A DNA stretch of 64,000 bases from Roseibacillus sp. (GTDB taxonomy: Bacteria > Verrucomicrobiota > Verrucomicrobiia > Verrucomicrobiales > Akkermansiaceae), in contig JBPOGI010000001.1 in assembly GCA_051251855.1 (NCBI GenBank), positions 864,001 to 928,000 on the forward strand, in the 5' to 3' direction. This document shows, one piece after another, positions 9,942 to 20,239 of the stretch; position 1 is the stretch's first letter, and each line of letters starts with the position of its first letter. Position numbers and translations under genes: made by a program. The notes beneath the pieces are model-generated. The model had not been told where the DNA came from, searched no databases, and was given only the letters and a program-made list of their open reading frames with translations.

Positions 9942-11468
9942 TTACTTCACCAGTCGGGGAGCAGAGAACCCTTGGAGGCGGATTCTTTCCAGCTCGGCTT
10001 TCATCGCCTCGACCTTTTCGGGGTTCTCGGCAGCAAGGTTGTGCTTCTGACCGATATCTTCTTTGAGATTGAAGAGACCCACCTTTTCCTCGCTCGGCTC
10101 GTAACCGAATTTCTCTTCCCATGCTACCGCTCTTTTGGGAATGGCATGGCCGGTTGGAACGTCGAGATAAAGCCAGTCCCCGATACGGATTGCGTATTTA
10201 TTGGGAGAGGTGTTGTGAATGTGGCTTTCGCGCGCCTTCGCAGCTTTACCATCAATGAGAGGGAGAAGATTGTGGGAGTCTTCCGCCGCATCCTCGGGTA
10301 ATTTGAAATCGAGGTAGCTTGCGAGGGTGGCCATAAGGTCGATTTGAGAAACAAGGGCGTCATTGACGGAACCGGCTTCTGTTTTGCCAGGCCACTTGAT
10401 GATGAAGGGCACGTGATGACCACCTTCGTAGATATCACGCTTGAGGCCTCGGAAGGGAAACGCTGACCAGTGTCCAAAGGTCTCCTCGCGCTTATAGGCA
10501 TAGTGCTCAGGGCCGTTGTCGGCAGTGAAGACAACAATGGTGTTCTCGTATTCTCCGCTTTCCTTTAAGGCGGCGATGAGCCTGCCAATGATATCGTCTG
10601 TTTGGACGACAAAGTCTCCGTAGGGGCCCGCCTGAGAGGAATCGTCGAATTCGTCAGTGGGAATGATGGGGGCGTGGGGACTCGGAAAAGGGAAGAAAAG
10701 AAAGAAGGGCTTTTCTTGGTCTTTCCGGCCACGGAGGTAGGCTTCGCCTTCTTTGGCTAAAGTTGGAAGGACTTGATAAAAGTCCCAGTCGTCCATCGCT
10801 GGTCCAGGGCGAACTTCCCAATTTCCTTCCTTGGTCTTCTGTTTGATGTCGGCGGGCAGTAGGGTGACGTTGGGCGCAGTCTCGACCTTGTCGTCACGAA
10901 TCCAGCAGTAGGGGGGGAAGTTGATGACGGTGTCGCCGAAGTAGTGGTCGAAACCGTGAGCAAGAGGGCCATCGGGAATGCTCTGCGACCAATCAAAATC
11001 GGTGTGCTTCCAGACCTTTTTGTTCTTGGCGTTTCCAGAAGAATCGGTCCGAACGGACATCCAGTCCCAACCGAGATGCCACTTGCCGATACAAGCGGTA
11101 TCGTATCCTTCAGCTTGCATCATTTCGGGAAGAGTGAGGCGTTCCTCTTGAAAAACGGAGCCACCCATAGCCTGTACGATGCCATGAAAATCGCGCCAAT
11201 GATGACGGCCTGTGAGAAGGGCGTAGCGGGAAGGGGTGCAAATACCGGAAGAGGAGTGACCGTCGGTGAAGCGGGTCCCTTCCTTGGCCAATTGGTCGAG
11301 ATGAGGAGTGGGGATCTTGCTATCGGCGTGATAGCTGGTCAGGTCGCCGTATCCAAGGTCGTCGGCGTAGAGAACGAGGACGTTAAGCTTTTCCTCAGCA
11401 TGGGAAAAGAAAGAGAGTCCGATCGAGTTCGCGGCAAAGAAGAAGAGTGAAAGTGATTTCGTCATCAT
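9942..11468 (-). CDS. Arylsulfatase (formylglycine-dependent S1 family), secreted
   Basis: Signal peptide, then ADDLGYGD, CTPSRYALLTGR, GKWHLG, DNG and EGGHHVPF motifs. Confidence 0.95.
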   Translation of the reverse strand: MMTKSLSLFFFAANSIGLSFFSHAEEKLNVLVLYADDLGYGDLTSYHADSKIPTPHLDQLAKEGTRFTDGHSSSGICTPSRYALLTGRHHWRDFHGIVQAMGGSVFQEERLTLPEMMQAEGYDTACIGKWHLGWDWMSVRTDSSGNAKNKKVWKHTDFDWSQSIPDGPLAHGFDHYFGDTVINFPPYCWIRDDKVETAPNVTLLPADIKQKTKEGNWEVRPGPAMDDWDFYQVLPTLAKEGEAYLRGRKDQEKPFFLFFPFPSPHAPIIPTDEFDDSSQAGPYGDFVVQTDDIIGRLIAALKESGEYENTIVVFTADNGPEHYAYKREETFGHWSAFPFRGLKRDIYEGGHHVPFIIKWPGKTEAGSVNDALVSQIDLMATLASYLDFKLPEDAAEDSHNLLPLIDGKAAKARESHIHNTSPNKYAIRIGDWLYLDVPTGHAIPKRAVAWEEKFGYEPSEEKVGLFNLKEDIGQKHNLAAENPEKVEAMKAELERIRLQGFSAPRLVK

Positions 11469-11581
11469 TCATGACGATACCGCTCTAGTGGTGGACTCAT
11501 TTCAAGCCCTTTTAAAAATTGCGAAGAAGACGGCTCCCAAGGTTTTCCTTTTGGCTGAAATGACCTAGCTTATGCACGTAC

Positions 11582-14500
11582 GTGAAACAGATTTTATTAG
11601 CATTTCTTCTCCTTACCACTTTAGGGAGTGGCCAAGTCCTGACTCCCGAGGAGATTTCAGCGCAGATTGAGCTTCAAAAAGAGAATTCTGCTCAAGGCGA
11701 TTCCCAGGCGGTTCTTGCTGTTTGGGAGGAAGCAAAGACGCTTTCTGAGCAGCTAGGGGCGGTAAAGGCTACGGGTGCCAGTTTCCAGGCGATGGAAACG
11801 TCGGAGGGAAAATTGCCAGAATTGAAGGACATCTCGGCACCAGCTGATGAAGCAAATCTGGAGGATTTATCCAAGGCGTTGACCGAAGTGACGTCTGCAT
11901 TAGAGAGTTCGACTAAGCGTCTCTCGCAGGCAATGGTGGACCTCAAAGACGCTCCTGACCGGATTTCGGTTTTGTTAGGCCTGATTTCAGAGGCACGTGC
12001 GCAGATGTCGGAGGTGGCGACGCCCCCGGAGGGAGGGACCGAGTTGGCAAAAGCCCAGCGTGAACTCAGTCTTTTACGAACGTCGTTCTTGGAAGCTAGT
12101 GTTGAGAGATTTCAATCAGAGCGAATCTTTTTGCAGTCGGAACTGGCCAATTTGCCTGAGCGAATTCGACTGAGGAAGGAGCACAATCGCCGGCTCGTCC
12201 AGCTGCAAGCAAATCTTCAGGTGCAAGTCGCGAATCTGCGTAGACAAGAAGCCCAGAACACAGAGATAGAGCTGGAAAGGTCTGCTCAAGAGCTATCCCA
12301 CATTCCTGAACTTGGTGTAATCATTGCTGAGATTAGTGAGCTCAATCAACAACGCACAGGGAAGGGAGGGGTGCAGGCTCAGATCAAGGACGCGACAAAA
12401 TATGCTAGAAAGATCACTCGTCTCTATCAGAGCGTAGAAGCTCAAAAGAGAAATGCTCAAGAGAAGATTGAGCTTCTCGAAAGCGTGGGCCTCGAAATTG
12501 ATACCGATACCGGAATTATTTTGCGCGAGCAAAGGGCTGAGTTGCCGAGCACCGTTGACTTGGAAAAAGAGTTGAGAGGAAAGGTTGAAATCGCAGTGCG
12601 AAATCAAGTGACTCTTTTGGAGTTGAGCGAGAAGCAAACCGGCGATCAGCCTTTAAGCAACAAGGTCATCAAAGCCCTGAGCGAAAAAGAGGTCGATCGA
12701 ATCCTCGCTGAAGATCCCGTTTTGCAAAGGAGCGAGGTGATGGTCCGATTCGAGCAACAAGTGACGGCTTTATTCGAACAACGGAGGTCCTTGCTGGAGA
12801 CTTTGATTTCGGAACGCAAGAGCTTGAATACCACTTTGAAGAAATCCAATAGCCAAGCTCAGTTGACTATTAATGCGATTAATTCCTATTCGGTGTTTTT
12901 GGACCAACGGCTGCTCTGGAGTCGTAGTACTACCCCGATTCGACTCACGGAACCTCGGAGTGAGATCGCTAATATTCGGACTCTCTTTGGCGGAGGAATG
13001 TTCGAAAAAGCATGGGCCAGTATTCAAGAAAATTGGTTTCCACGATTCTTCCCAGTCTTGGCCTTTGCGACGCTCTTTCTCTTCGGACTCTTTCGGCGAC
13101 TGCGTCTGCGGAAGTTGGAAAAGGAATCGAGCGAACAAGCGTGCAAGAGAAATTGCACTAGTATTAAGCCCACGGTGATTACGATTGTGAGCTCGGTTTT
13201 GATTGCGGGAACCTTCCCTGCGCTTCTCTTTTTACTCGCGCTCTTAATCTCAGATCCGATGCCCTACCGCATGGGGCTTTTGAACGCTGGCTTGTTTCTC
13301 TTTGTTGCTAGTCTGCTCTATCGTTTTTCGAAACCCGCGGCTTTGTTTGAAGCTCACTTCAAGTTTTCAATGATTAAGGCGAAGCGGATACGGAATACGC
13401 TCCGCTTCTTTATTCCCATCATTTTGCCTTTTGTCTTTGGGATAGGAGCGCTCTCGGTAAACGGCGGAGTAGGTTCTTCGGGCCGAGTCGTCTTTATCGT
13501 GACGATGTTGCTGGTGTCTACGGTGGCTCACCAACTCTTTCATCCCAAGCATTCGATCGTCGGAAATCCTGAGAAGCCGACTTTACTCTCTCGCTTGAGT
13601 TATGTGATGGCGCTCGGTCTTCCTCTTAGCTTTCTCGTAGGAGCTGCCTTGGGTTTCTTTTCTTCGGTCTTGACCCTGCGAGCACAGGTGTTGGCGACAG
13701 CTGGGGTTTTGCTAGGTGCTTTTTTGGTTATCCGTTTTTTCACTCGTTGGATTCTTGTTTCGCGTCGTCGCTTGGCGATTCAACAGGCCTTGCTGAGGCG
13801 TGAGGCGACTTTGGCAGAGCGAGCGAGGAAGGAAAGTGGTGAGCTGGAAAGCGAGCCGGATGTGGCGAGCCTTGAGGAGGTGAAGGCGCAGGCCGTTGAT
13901 GTCGTGGAGGTGGAGCAGCAGACCAGTCAATTGCTTCGCTTTGGAGTCTATTTTTCAGTCTTTTTTGCGATCTTCTCGATCTGGTCGAGTTCGTTGACAG
14001 CCCTTTCGGTCCTCGACCAAAAGCCGCTGAACCCAAGGATTAAACCTCGTGTCGTTGAAATCACAAAAAGGGAGAGTTCCCCTGCGATGTCGGTGTTTGT
14101 TCCCCAACAGGGGGCCAAGGCTGACGAGACTGCAAGCGAACAAGCGGGTGATCCCATTGTTGAGAAGAGCGACCCAATTACTGAGCTTGTTCTCCCTCCT
14201 AAGGATTTTGTGAGTTGGCAGGATTTATTGCTTTCGTTGTTTATCTTTTTGCTGACCTTTGTGGCGGCTCGAAATATTCCTGGATTACTCAGTTTGGCGG
14301 TCTTTAGTCGACTCAATTTGGGGCCGGGTGGGAACTTTGCGTTCACTACTATGGTGCGCTACTTTATTGTCCTAACTGGGGTGGTCATCGGCTTAAACAA
14401 GATTGGGATTACGTGGGACAAGGTTCAATGGTTAGCTGCGGCGATTACTTTGGGGATTGGCTTTGGTTTGCAGGAGATTTTTGCGAATTTTGTAGCGGGT

Positions 14501-15022
14501 CTAATTCTTCTCTTTGAGAGACCGCTTCGGTTGGGGGACATTGTGACGATAGGAAACGTCTCTGGAAAAGTGACCGAGATTAAGATTCGAGCGACGACGA
14601 TTCAGCAATTTAACAATCGTGATTTAGTAGTGCCGAATAAGGATTTTATCACTGGTCAGCTGACGAACTGGACCTTGAGGGATTCTGTTTTGAGGTTCGA
14701 GTTGGCGGTAGGGATTGCCTATGGTTCAGATACTCGGAAGGCGGAGGAGATTTTGAATCGAATCGTCATGGAGCATCCGAATGTGTTAGCGGATCCCGCT
14801 CCAGCGGTGATTTTCAATTCCTTTGGGGCAAGTACGCTGGACTTTTTGATTCGAGCGCACGTGGGGCAAACAGGAAATCTCGTAAGTACCCAAAGTGACT
14901 TGCACTTTCAGATCGATGATGCCTTTCGGGAGGCGGGTATTGAGCTAGCTTTCCCTCAGCAGGATATTCATGTCAGGTCCCTTCCGGATGGAGTGGTGCT
15001 GCCGCCGGTGGGGCCGAAGTAG
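11582..15022 (+). CDS. Large MscS-family mechanosensitive channel (MscK/KefA-like)
   Basis: Signal peptide, long periplasmic coiled coil, multiple TM helices, and a C-terminal MscS core (QWLAAAITLGIGFGLQEIFANFVAGLILLFERP, IRATTI, VPNK, FPQQDIH). Confidence 0.92.
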   Translation: MKQILLAFLLLTTLGSGQVLTPEEISAQIELQKENSAQGDSQAVLAVWEEAKTLSEQLGAVKATGASFQAMETSEGKLPELKDISAPADEANLEDLSKALTEVTSALESSTKRLSQAMVDLKDAPDRISVLLGLISEARAQMSEVATPPEGGTELAKAQRELSLLRTSFLEASVERFQSERIFLQSELANLPERIRLRKEHNRRLVQLQANLQVQVANLRRQEAQNTEIELERSAQELSHIPELGVIIAEISELNQQRTGKGGVQAQIKDATKYARKITRLYQSVEAQKRNAQEKIELLESVGLEIDTDTGIILREQRAELPSTVDLEKELRGKVEIAVRNQVTLLELSEKQTGDQPLSNKVIKALSEKEVDRILAEDPVLQRSEVMVRFEQQVTALFEQRRSLLETLISERKSLNTTLKKSNSQAQLTINAINSYSVFLDQRLLWSRSTTPIRLTEPRSEIANIRTLFGGGMFEKAWASIQENWFPRFFPVLAFATLFLFGLFRRLRLRKLEKESSEQACKRNCTSIKPTVITIVSSVLIAGTFPALLFLLALLISDPMPYRMGLLNAGLFLFVASLLYRFSKPAALFEAHFKFSMIKAKRIRNTLRFFIPIILPFVFGIGALSVNGGVGSSGRVVFIVTMLLVSTVAHQLFHPKHSIVGNPEKPTLLSRLSYVMALGLPLSFLVGAALGFFSSVLTLRAQVLATAGVLLGAFLVIRFFTRWILVSRRRLAIQQALLRREATLAERARKESGELESEPDVASLEEVKAQAVDVVEVEQQTSQLLRFGVYFSVFFAIFSIWSSSLTALSVLDQKPLNPRIKPRVVEITKRESSPAMSVFVPQQGAKADETASEQAGDPIVEKSDPITELVLPPKDFVSWQDLLLSLFIFLLTFVAARNIPGLLSLAVFSRLNLGPGGNFAFTTMVRYFIVLTGVVIGLNKIGITWDKVQWLAAAITLGIGFGLQEIFANFVAGLILLFERPLRLGDIVTIGNVSGKVTEIKIRATTIQQFNNRDLVVPNKDFITGQLTNWTLRDSVLRFELAVGIAYGSDTRKAEEILNRIVMEHPNVLADPAPAVIFNSFGASTLDFLIRAHVGQTGNLVSTQSDLHFQIDDAFREAGIELAFPQQDIHVRSLPDGVVLPPVGPK

Positions 15023-15061
15023 GAGTAGTCGTTTGAACGAAGGAGCTTTTTCTTTCGTTAG

Positions 15062-15142
15062 CGTAGCTGAATTGGTGACAACTCGGACGGTGAGGATGTG
15101 GAGTGAGCCCACCCAGCCCGCTTTGTTACCAAAGCGGCTACG
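15062..15142. repeat. REPIN-like element, copy A (inverted pair of GTAG-foot REP hairpins)
   Basis: Left arm CGTAGCTGAATTGGTGACAACTCGG. Right arm reverse complement CGTAGCCGCTTTGGTAACAAAGCGGG, containing the hairpin CCGCTTTG-N4-CAAAGCGG. A related copy is at 37313-37398. Confidence 0.75.
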
Positions 15143-15234
15143 TAGAATCGCAGAGTTGACCGCGAATCAATAAGGAGTATGGCAAGAAACGGAGCGAACA
15201 CGAAAGCCTGTTCCCGCAGATTGAGCTCTGCCTG

Positions 15235-16524
15235 TTAAAAGACTTCCTGAGCAAGAAGGTCGTCGAAGGTTTGGCGCTTGCGAATGACAGTCGCTTGATT
15301 GCCATCGACGAGCACTTCGGTGGGGAGAGGGCGTGAGTTGTATGTGGAACCCATGACGGCTCCGTATGCTCCGGAAGACATGAGGGCGAGGAGTTCACCT
15401 TCGGCAAAGTCGGGGAGGTCGCGGTCTTGGCAGAAGAAGTCGCCGGTTTCGCAGACAGGACCGACAACGTCGGTTTTGACGGTGCTAACAGGGCCTGATT
15501 GGGTGACAGGGACGATTTCGTGATAGCCTTCGTAGAGGGCGGGGCGAATGAGGTCGTTCATGCCGGCGTCGACAATCTTAAAGGTCTTGGCTTTGCCCTT
15601 TTTCTCGTAGAGGCAACGGGTGAGAAGGACGCCGGCGTTACCTACGATGTAACGACCAGGCTCGAGGAGGATTTTGAGGCCAAGAGGCTTGAGAATAGGA
15701 ATGAGCTTGGCTGCATATTCGGCAGCAGTGAGAGGCTTGTCGGAAGGGTGGTGAGAGTCCCACCATTCAGGGCTACCCGACTCGAGCGCAGGGTCGTAGA
15801 TGATGCCGATACCGCCACCGATGGAGAAGAATTCAATGTCGTATTTCGCTTTGAGTTCAGCGGCAAGGGGCGCCGCTTTGGTGACGGCGTCGTGGAAGGG
15901 TTGCACAGTGGTAAGCTGAGAGCCGATGTGCATTTGCAGACCTTTAAGAACGACGTTCTCCATCTTGGAGGCGCGCTCGAAGACTTCGGTGATGACGTCG
16001 AAGTCGATGCCGAACTTGTTCTCGGACTTCCCCGTGGAGATATACTTGTGGGTTTTGGCGTCCACATTGGGATTCACGCGAATGGAGACGGGGGCTTTCT
16101 TGCCTGCTTCTCCGGCGACTTTGTTGATGAAATTGAGTTCGGCTTCGGACTCGACGTTGAAGGCGTGGATACCGAGTTCGAGAGCATATTCGATTTCTTC
16201 GCGGGTTTTTCCAACTCCAGCGAAGGTGCATTTGGCGGGGTCGCCACCCGCTTTGACGACCCGGTAGAGTTCGCCACCGGAGACGATGTCAAAGGAGGCA
16301 CCGATGCCTGCGAGCAGAGAGAGGACCGCGACGTTGGAGTTGGCTTTGACGGCATAGGCGACCTCGTGGTCAATGGGCTCAAGAGCTTCGTCGAGACGCT
16401 TGTAGTGATCGCGAATGGTGTTTGCCGAGTAGACGAAGGTGGGGGTCCCTTGTTGTTCAGCGATTTCGACGAGGGAAACCTGTTCGGCGTGGAGGGCGTT
16501 GTCGTGAAAGGAGAAGTAGTGCAT
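15235..16524 (-). CDS. lysA: Diaminopimelate decarboxylase
   Basis: YAVKANSN, FDIVSGGEL, HIGSQ, EPGR, GPVCETGD and GAYG...S.YNSRP motifs. Confidence 0.97.
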   Translation of the reverse strand: MHYFSFHDNALHAEQVSLVEIAEQQGTPTFVYSANTIRDHYKRLDEALEPIDHEVAYAVKANSNVAVLSLLAGIGASFDIVSGGELYRVVKAGGDPAKCTFAGVGKTREEIEYALELGIHAFNVESEAELNFINKVAGEAGKKAPVSIRVNPNVDAKTHKYISTGKSENKFGIDFDVITEVFERASKMENVVLKGLQMHIGSQLTTVQPFHDAVTKAAPLAAELKAKYDIEFFSIGGGIGIIYDPALESGSPEWWDSHHPSDKPLTAAEYAAKLIPILKPLGLKILLEPGRYIVGNAGVLLTRCLYEKKGKAKTFKIVDAGMNDLIRPALYEGYHEIVPVTQSGPVSTVKTDVVGPVCETGDFFCQDRDLPDFAEGELLALMSSGAYGAVMGSTYNSRPLPTEVLVDGNQATVIRKRQTFDDLLAQEVF

Positions 16525-16598
16525 GGCTCGGATCGGGGCGGACTATGGGTTTGAAGTGGGTTTTCAGCAAGCGAGGAAGTTGTCTTTGAACAGGGAAG

Positions 16599-17789
16599 CT
16601 ATCTACGAAGGATGGTGGTGCTATCGGAAAGCTCGAGGGTCGGGCTGGGACCGTCTTTTGGTAGGACAACGCGGGTGAGTTCTTCGTCTCCCTCGAGGGT
16701 CAGGGTCATATGGGCTGGGACGGTGATGACGGTTCGGACATTGAGTTCGGAGAAAAAGCCAGTGCGCCTGAAGTCGACAGTAATGGTGGGTGGGCTATCG
16801 GAGAAGGTGCTGGTTGGATAAAGGCGGCTTTTAGGCGCGCGGTGGCCCTCGGTAAAGCAGGTGATGGTGAACTTCTTGCCCGGGACGATTTCGATGATGT
16901 CTTCGCCGTTGAAGTCGAGGTGGAGTTCGCTGAGAGGAGGGAGGTTCTTTGGAGTTGCTCGGATCTCTTTGTCATAGGGCCAGATGGAGGCGGCTAAGCC
17001 CACGAGGATGAGCACGAGAGGAGCGGATACCCAAGGGACCCACTTAGGTGGAGTTTTCGCCCCTTCTTGGGGTTGCCATAGAATGGAGCGGTCGAGTTTG
17101 AGGAGTTTGTAGAATGCAAGGGAGGTAAACCACATCACGGCAGCGGCCCAAATGACATCGGAGGTGAAGTGGCCGCCTTGGGCGATTCTGGCGACACCGA
17201 TGAGGGAGCCAAAGAGGAGGGAAATGAGGAAGATGAGTAGACGACGGCGTCCGGTGAGGAGGGGGACGAAGGCGAAGAAAAAGTAGCCCACGGTAGCGTG
17301 GCCACAGGGGAAGGATTTTCCAGTCGATTCAGGCTCGTAGTGGAGGAGACGCTCGAACTTTTCGGTGCCATCAAATGCGATGATTTGTTTCGGGCGTGGT
17401 CTGCCCCATTGGTCTTTCAGTATGGCGTTTGTTATGAGTCCCGAACCAATTAATAATACGAAAAAAAAGTAAGCGCTGAGCTTGCGATACTTTGCCAGAG
17501 TTGGGTTGCCTAGACCGAGGAGGAGGACGAAAATCGAAACGATGCCTAGGAGTATGGCTGGGAGGGGACCGACGGTGTAAAAAAAGCGCCAAATGGGAGC
17601 TTCGCCAGTGGGCCAAGTCTTAGTGGCGGACTCGTAGAAAGGAGTGTGGATGTTGAGATCGAGGTCGCTGACCACAAAAGGAAGGGAGAGCACCGCAAGA
17701 AGGGCGAGAGGAAGATAGACAGCGATTCGCGCGGACACGGAGGGAGTTTGTGAAAGAACAGGCTCCTTGTCACTTGTGGGATTGGTCAC
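16599..17789 (-). CDS. PAP2-family membrane phosphatase with an extra C-terminal soluble domain
   Basis: K..WGRPRP, FPCGH and RIAQGGHF.SD motifs with several TM helices. Start uncertain (GTG 17789 chosen). Confidence 0.85.
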   Translation of the reverse strand: MTNPTSDKEPVLSQTPSVSARIAVYLPLALLAVLSLPFVVSDLDLNIHTPFYESATKTWPTGEAPIWRFFYTVGPLPAILLGIVSIFVLLLGLGNPTLAKYRKLSAYFFFVLLIGSGLITNAILKDQWGRPRPKQIIAFDGTEKFERLLHYEPESTGKSFPCGHATVGYFFFAFVPLLTGRRRLLIFLISLLFGSLIGVARIAQGGHFTSDVIWAAAVMWFTSLAFYKLLKLDRSILWQPQEGAKTPPKWVPWVSAPLVLILVGLAASIWPYDKEIRATPKNLPPLSELHLDFNGEDIIEIVPGKKFTITCFTEGHRAPKSRLYPTSTFSDSPPTITVDFRRTGFFSELNVRTVITVPAHMTLTLEGDEELTRVVLPKDGPSPTLELSDSTTILRR

Positions 17790-17854
17790 GGGCGGTTTTT
17801 GCAGTGTCACTTTCTGGACTGGCGTGGGAGGACAGGTTTCGCTCCACTGAAGCC

Positions 17855-18574
17855 GTGTCTGTTTTGTTTGCCGATTGGAAAGCCTGCTGGAGTGATTTTG
17901 CGGGGCGATGGCGGCAAGGGGCCAAGAAGGGATTCCTCTGGGTCTTCGGATGGGTGGCAGTGACTTGGCTGATTTTTGGATGGTTTGATGAGGCCTTACT
18001 CCTGTGGCTGCAGGGGCGGAGTGGTGCGGATTTGAATGTGAAACGGGTGGTCTCGCCGGAGCAGGAAGCTTGGGTGCAGTTTTGTAAGGAGTTGCACCAT
18101 TATACGAAATTCGAGTGGTTGAATCTGCTTGGAGCCGTAGTTTTGATTGGAGTGGGATTTGCTCGTAAAAGTGCTCACTGGCGGCAGACGGGTTTTGCTC
18201 TATTGCTCGCAGGCGGAATGGCGGGGTTGGCGGTGCAGGTGATTAAGACAACGAATGGGCGGCCTCGGCCTTCGACTTTGGCGAAGAGCGAAGAGGCCCA
18301 GTCAGCGTATGATTTTCGGGGAGTCACCTTTAAAGGGGGCTGGCGGGGGTATCCAAGTGGACACTCAGCTTCGGTGTGGGCGAGTTGTGTTGCGCTAGGG
18401 TTACGGTTTCGAAAGTTTCTTTGGCCGTTAATGCTCTTTTCGGCGCTGGTGGCTTGGTCTCGCGTGTATGGCAACTACCATTGGCCGACTGATGCGTTAC
18501 ACGGTTCTGCCTTAGGGGCGTTGTTTGGTTGGTTTTGGGGTGGTGCAGCTCAAAAGAAAGAGGAGGCTGTCTGA
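17855..18574 (+). CDS. PAP2-family membrane phosphatase
   Basis: K..NGRPRP, YPSGH and SRVY..YHW.TD motifs. Start uncertain (GTG 17855 or 17804). Confidence 0.85.
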   Translation: MSVLFADWKACWSDFAGRWRQGAKKGFLWVFGWVAVTWLIFGWFDEALLLWLQGRSGADLNVKRVVSPEQEAWVQFCKELHHYTKFEWLNLLGAVVLIGVGFARKSAHWRQTGFALLLAGGMAGLAVQVIKTTNGRPRPSTLAKSEEAQSAYDFRGVTFKGGWRGYPSGHSASVWASCVALGLRFRKFLWPLMLFSALVAWSRVYGNYHWPTDALHGSALGALFGWFWGGAAQKKEEAV

Positions 18575-19029
18575 TGCGTTCGGTTGTGGAACTCACGGAA
18601 TATTTACATGAGCATATTCCACTCAGTGAGACGATGGGGGTTGAAGTGGTTTCAGCTTCGGAGGCGCGGGTTGAGTTGAAGGCCTTGTTTGAGCCGAATG
18701 TGAATCATCAGTGTACTGTTTTTGGAGGAAGTGCTTCGGCAGTGGCGATTCTGGCGGCTTGGACTCTAGTGCATGTGCGCTTGAGCGAGGCTGGGCTGGA
18801 TTGTGATTTAGTGATTCAACGAAATTCGATGGAATACTTGGCGCCCTTTGCGAATGATTTTGAGGCGGTATCTTCTTTTGAAGTTGAGGCGAGTTGGGAG
18901 CGGTTTCTAAAACTTTATCATCGTCGAGGTCGGGCTAGGCTTGTGATTTCTGCCTCTCTCTATTGTAAAGGGGAAGAAGTGGGTGTGTTAGAGGGAGCAT
19001 TTGTGGCTCTGAAGAGGCCGACTCGTTGA
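18574..19029 (+). CDS. YiiD C-terminal-like hot-dog thioesterase
   Basis: YLHEHIPLS..MG and PNVNH..TVFGGS motifs. The ATG overlaps the upstream TGA. Confidence 0.85.
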   Translation: MRSVVELTEYLHEHIPLSETMGVEVVSASEARVELKALFEPNVNHQCTVFGGSASAVAILAAWTLVHVRLSEAGLDCDLVIQRNSMEYLAPFANDFEAVSSFEVEASWERFLKLYHRRGRARLVISASLYCKGEEVGVLEGAFVALKRPTR

Positions 19030-19123
19030 ACTTGGAATCGCAGAGGACAATGTGAGTGAGGGCGATGTCTCGCGGTTGGCATTTTTGGGTGTTCTTCGCG
19101 GAATCTGCTGACTAGATTCTCGA

Positions 19124-20239
19124 ATGAATGATGATTCCATTTCTCGTCGCCCGTTTTTGAAAACTGCTTTGGGGGCGGGGCTTGCCGCTTCAATGGCTCA
19201 GGGCCAAGACCAAGGGGAAGAAGAGAAGCCGAAGGGGAAGAAGCTTGGATGGGCTTTAGTTGGCTTGAGTCGGCTCAGCGAGCGAGACATTGCTCCCGCG
19301 CTGCTGAAGACCAAGCATGCTAGGTTGGCAGGCATTGTGACCGGGACTCCAGAGAAGGCGAAGGTTTGGCAGAAGCAATACGGTTTGGAGGATAGTGGAG
19401 TTTACGATTACGACAATTTCGACAAGGTGGTGGAGAATCCCGACATCGATGTCGTCTACATCGTTTTGCCGAACTCGATGCACTGCGAGTATGCTTTGCG
19501 AGCGGCGAGGGCTGGGAAACATGTCTATATGGAGAAGCCGATGGCGACTTCGTCGGAAGAGTGCCGAGAGATGATCAAGGCTTGCGAGGATGCAGGAGTG
19601 AAGTTGGGGATGGCCTACCGCTTACAGTTCGAGGCCCATCATAAGGAGATGATTCGTTTTGCGAAGGAGAAGGTTTTCGGAGAGGTGAAGCATATGGAGG
19701 GCGGTTTTGCGTTTCGAATGGGGGGCGCTAACCAGTGGAGGTTGAAGAAGGCTCTCGGCGGAGGAGCAATGTTTGATGTTGGGGTCTACGTGATTCAGGG
19801 AGCGCGTTACATCTTCGGAGAAGAACCGGACACAGTGAGTGCTTTAGAAACTAAGACGGATCCAGAGAAATTTGCGGAAGTGGATGAGACGATTGCTTGG
19901 ACGATGACCTTTCCTTCTGGAAAAACGGCAAGCATGTTTACCTCTTTCAACTTGTCAGGCTATAATAGAATGACGGTTTTTGCTGAAAAGGGACGCTTTG
20001 GGATGGAGCCTTGTTACGGAATCGGCGCTCAAAAAGGTTGGACCTCTGATGAAAAGATTCCGTTGTCTTTTCCAAAGACCGACCATTTTGAAGTGCAAAT
20101 GGACCTATTCTCGGAAGCAATTATAAACGGCCAAGAGTGGAAAGTGGATGGGAGCGAGGGCCTTAAGGATCATCTCGTCATGGAAGCAATCTTTCAGTCA
20201 GCTGCTAGCGGTAAAGCGGAGCCGGTGGGGAAGGTGTAA
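19124..20239 (+). CDS. Gfo/Idh/MocA oxidoreductase (glucose-fructose oxidoreductase-like) with Tat signal
   Basis: SRRPFLK Tat motif, LGWALVGL, VYIVLPNSMH, AGKHV.MEKPMA and GGGAMFDVGVY. Confidence 0.92.
   Translation: MNDDSISRRPFLKTALGAGLAASMAQGQDQGEEEKPKGKKLGWALVGLSRLSERDIAPALLKTKHARLAGIVTGTPEKAKVWQKQYGLEDSGVYDYDNFDKVVENPDIDVVYIVLPNSMHCEYALRAARAGKHVYMEKPMATSSEECREMIKACEDAGVKLGMAYRLQFEAHHKEMIRFAKEKVFGEVKHMEGGFAFRMGGANQWRLKKALGGGAMFDVGVYVIQGARYIFGEEPDTVSALETKTDPEKFAEVDETIAWTMTFPSGKTASMFTSFNLSGYNRMTVFAEKGRFGMEPCYGIGAQKGWTSDEKIPLSFPKTDHFEVQMDLFSEAIINGQEWKVDGSEGLKDHLVMEAIFQSAASGKAEPVGKV

Noticed and set aside
15499..16554. 351-aa antisense ORF over lysA, and similar antisense ORFs over polX, the methyltransferase and the large secreted genes
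   Set aside because: Typical antisense shadows of codon-biased genes, with no recognisable motifs.
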